From positions 1 through 38,402 of the IMG/VR virus record IMGVR_UViG_3300045988_041255: DNA of 38,402 nt, one strand, 5' to 3'. The notes under the pieces are model-generated. The model made no database searches, was not told the DNA's origin, and worked only from the letters and a program-made list of their open reading frames with translations. Origin of the DNA: a virus. A program made the translations under genes and the position numbers. Shown here in pieces: positions 38,295 to 38,402 of this stretch (position 1 is the first letter of the stretch; each line of letters opens with the position of its first letter).

Positions 38295-38402
38295 AAACAC
38301 CCTCCTTCCGGGCTTGGCGCCTGATAAATTTCTGCATGTCCCGCTTTAAGTACGGGCTGTTTGTCTTGGTGATAATCGCCTGTGCTTCTTCAATCGTCAT
38401 TC
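38284..38402. repeat. Terminal direct duplication, copy 2 (identical to 1-119)
   Basis: Base-by-base comparison of the window ends. Confidence 0.95.

Overview
The window is one complete temperate siphovirus-type phage genome. Bases 1-119 repeat exactly at 38284-38402, so the unique length is 38,283 bp, closed by an assembly overlap or terminal redundancy. It is mostly GC-rich with strong AGGAGG-type ribosome-binding sites, which suggests a Clostridia-like Firmicute host (inference). Gene order on the minus strand: Cro-like HTH and BRO/KilAC antirepressor (11763->10772); early, recombination and replication genes (10766->2086: XRE HTH, Gp157, Rad52/Sak, frameshifted SSB, RusA, DUF3310, ThyX-like, Lar-like, replisome organiser, DnaC-like loader, sigma-r4-like regulator); tRNA-Thr(UGU) and tRNA-Gln(UUG); a ParB-methyltransferase fusion; then across the circular junction terS, terL, portal, MuF, scaffold, capsid, connectors, major tail protein, G/GT chaperones with a -1 slippery site, tape measure, Dit, Tal-like protein, fibre, GH25 endolysin and holin. 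The plus strand carries the lysogeny module: two XRE-type HTH genes and a tyrosine integrase, followed by an attP built on a tRNA 3' fragment. Items most worth follow-up: (1) a promoter-to-terminator small RNA at 20422-20617 holding a solitary hairpin plus the exact 11-nt type I-C crRNA handle TGGATTGAAAC, placed directly after an acr/aca-like operon; (2) a 277-nt ORF-less group I intron splitting the tape measure gene; (3) a roughly 290-nt structured RNA in the immunity region with a consensus promoter and a strong terminator; (4) a seven-gene accessory operon of low-complexity, Cys-rich proteins plus a papain-like peptidase between the lysis cassette and attP; (5) a low-GC C-terminal extension on MuF plus a small Cys-rich ORF (possible toxin/immunity pair) and a lipoprotein moron, each closed by a terminator inside the late operon; (6) an SSB gene broken by a 1-nt frameshift. 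All functional calls come from reading motifs by eye. No database search was run.
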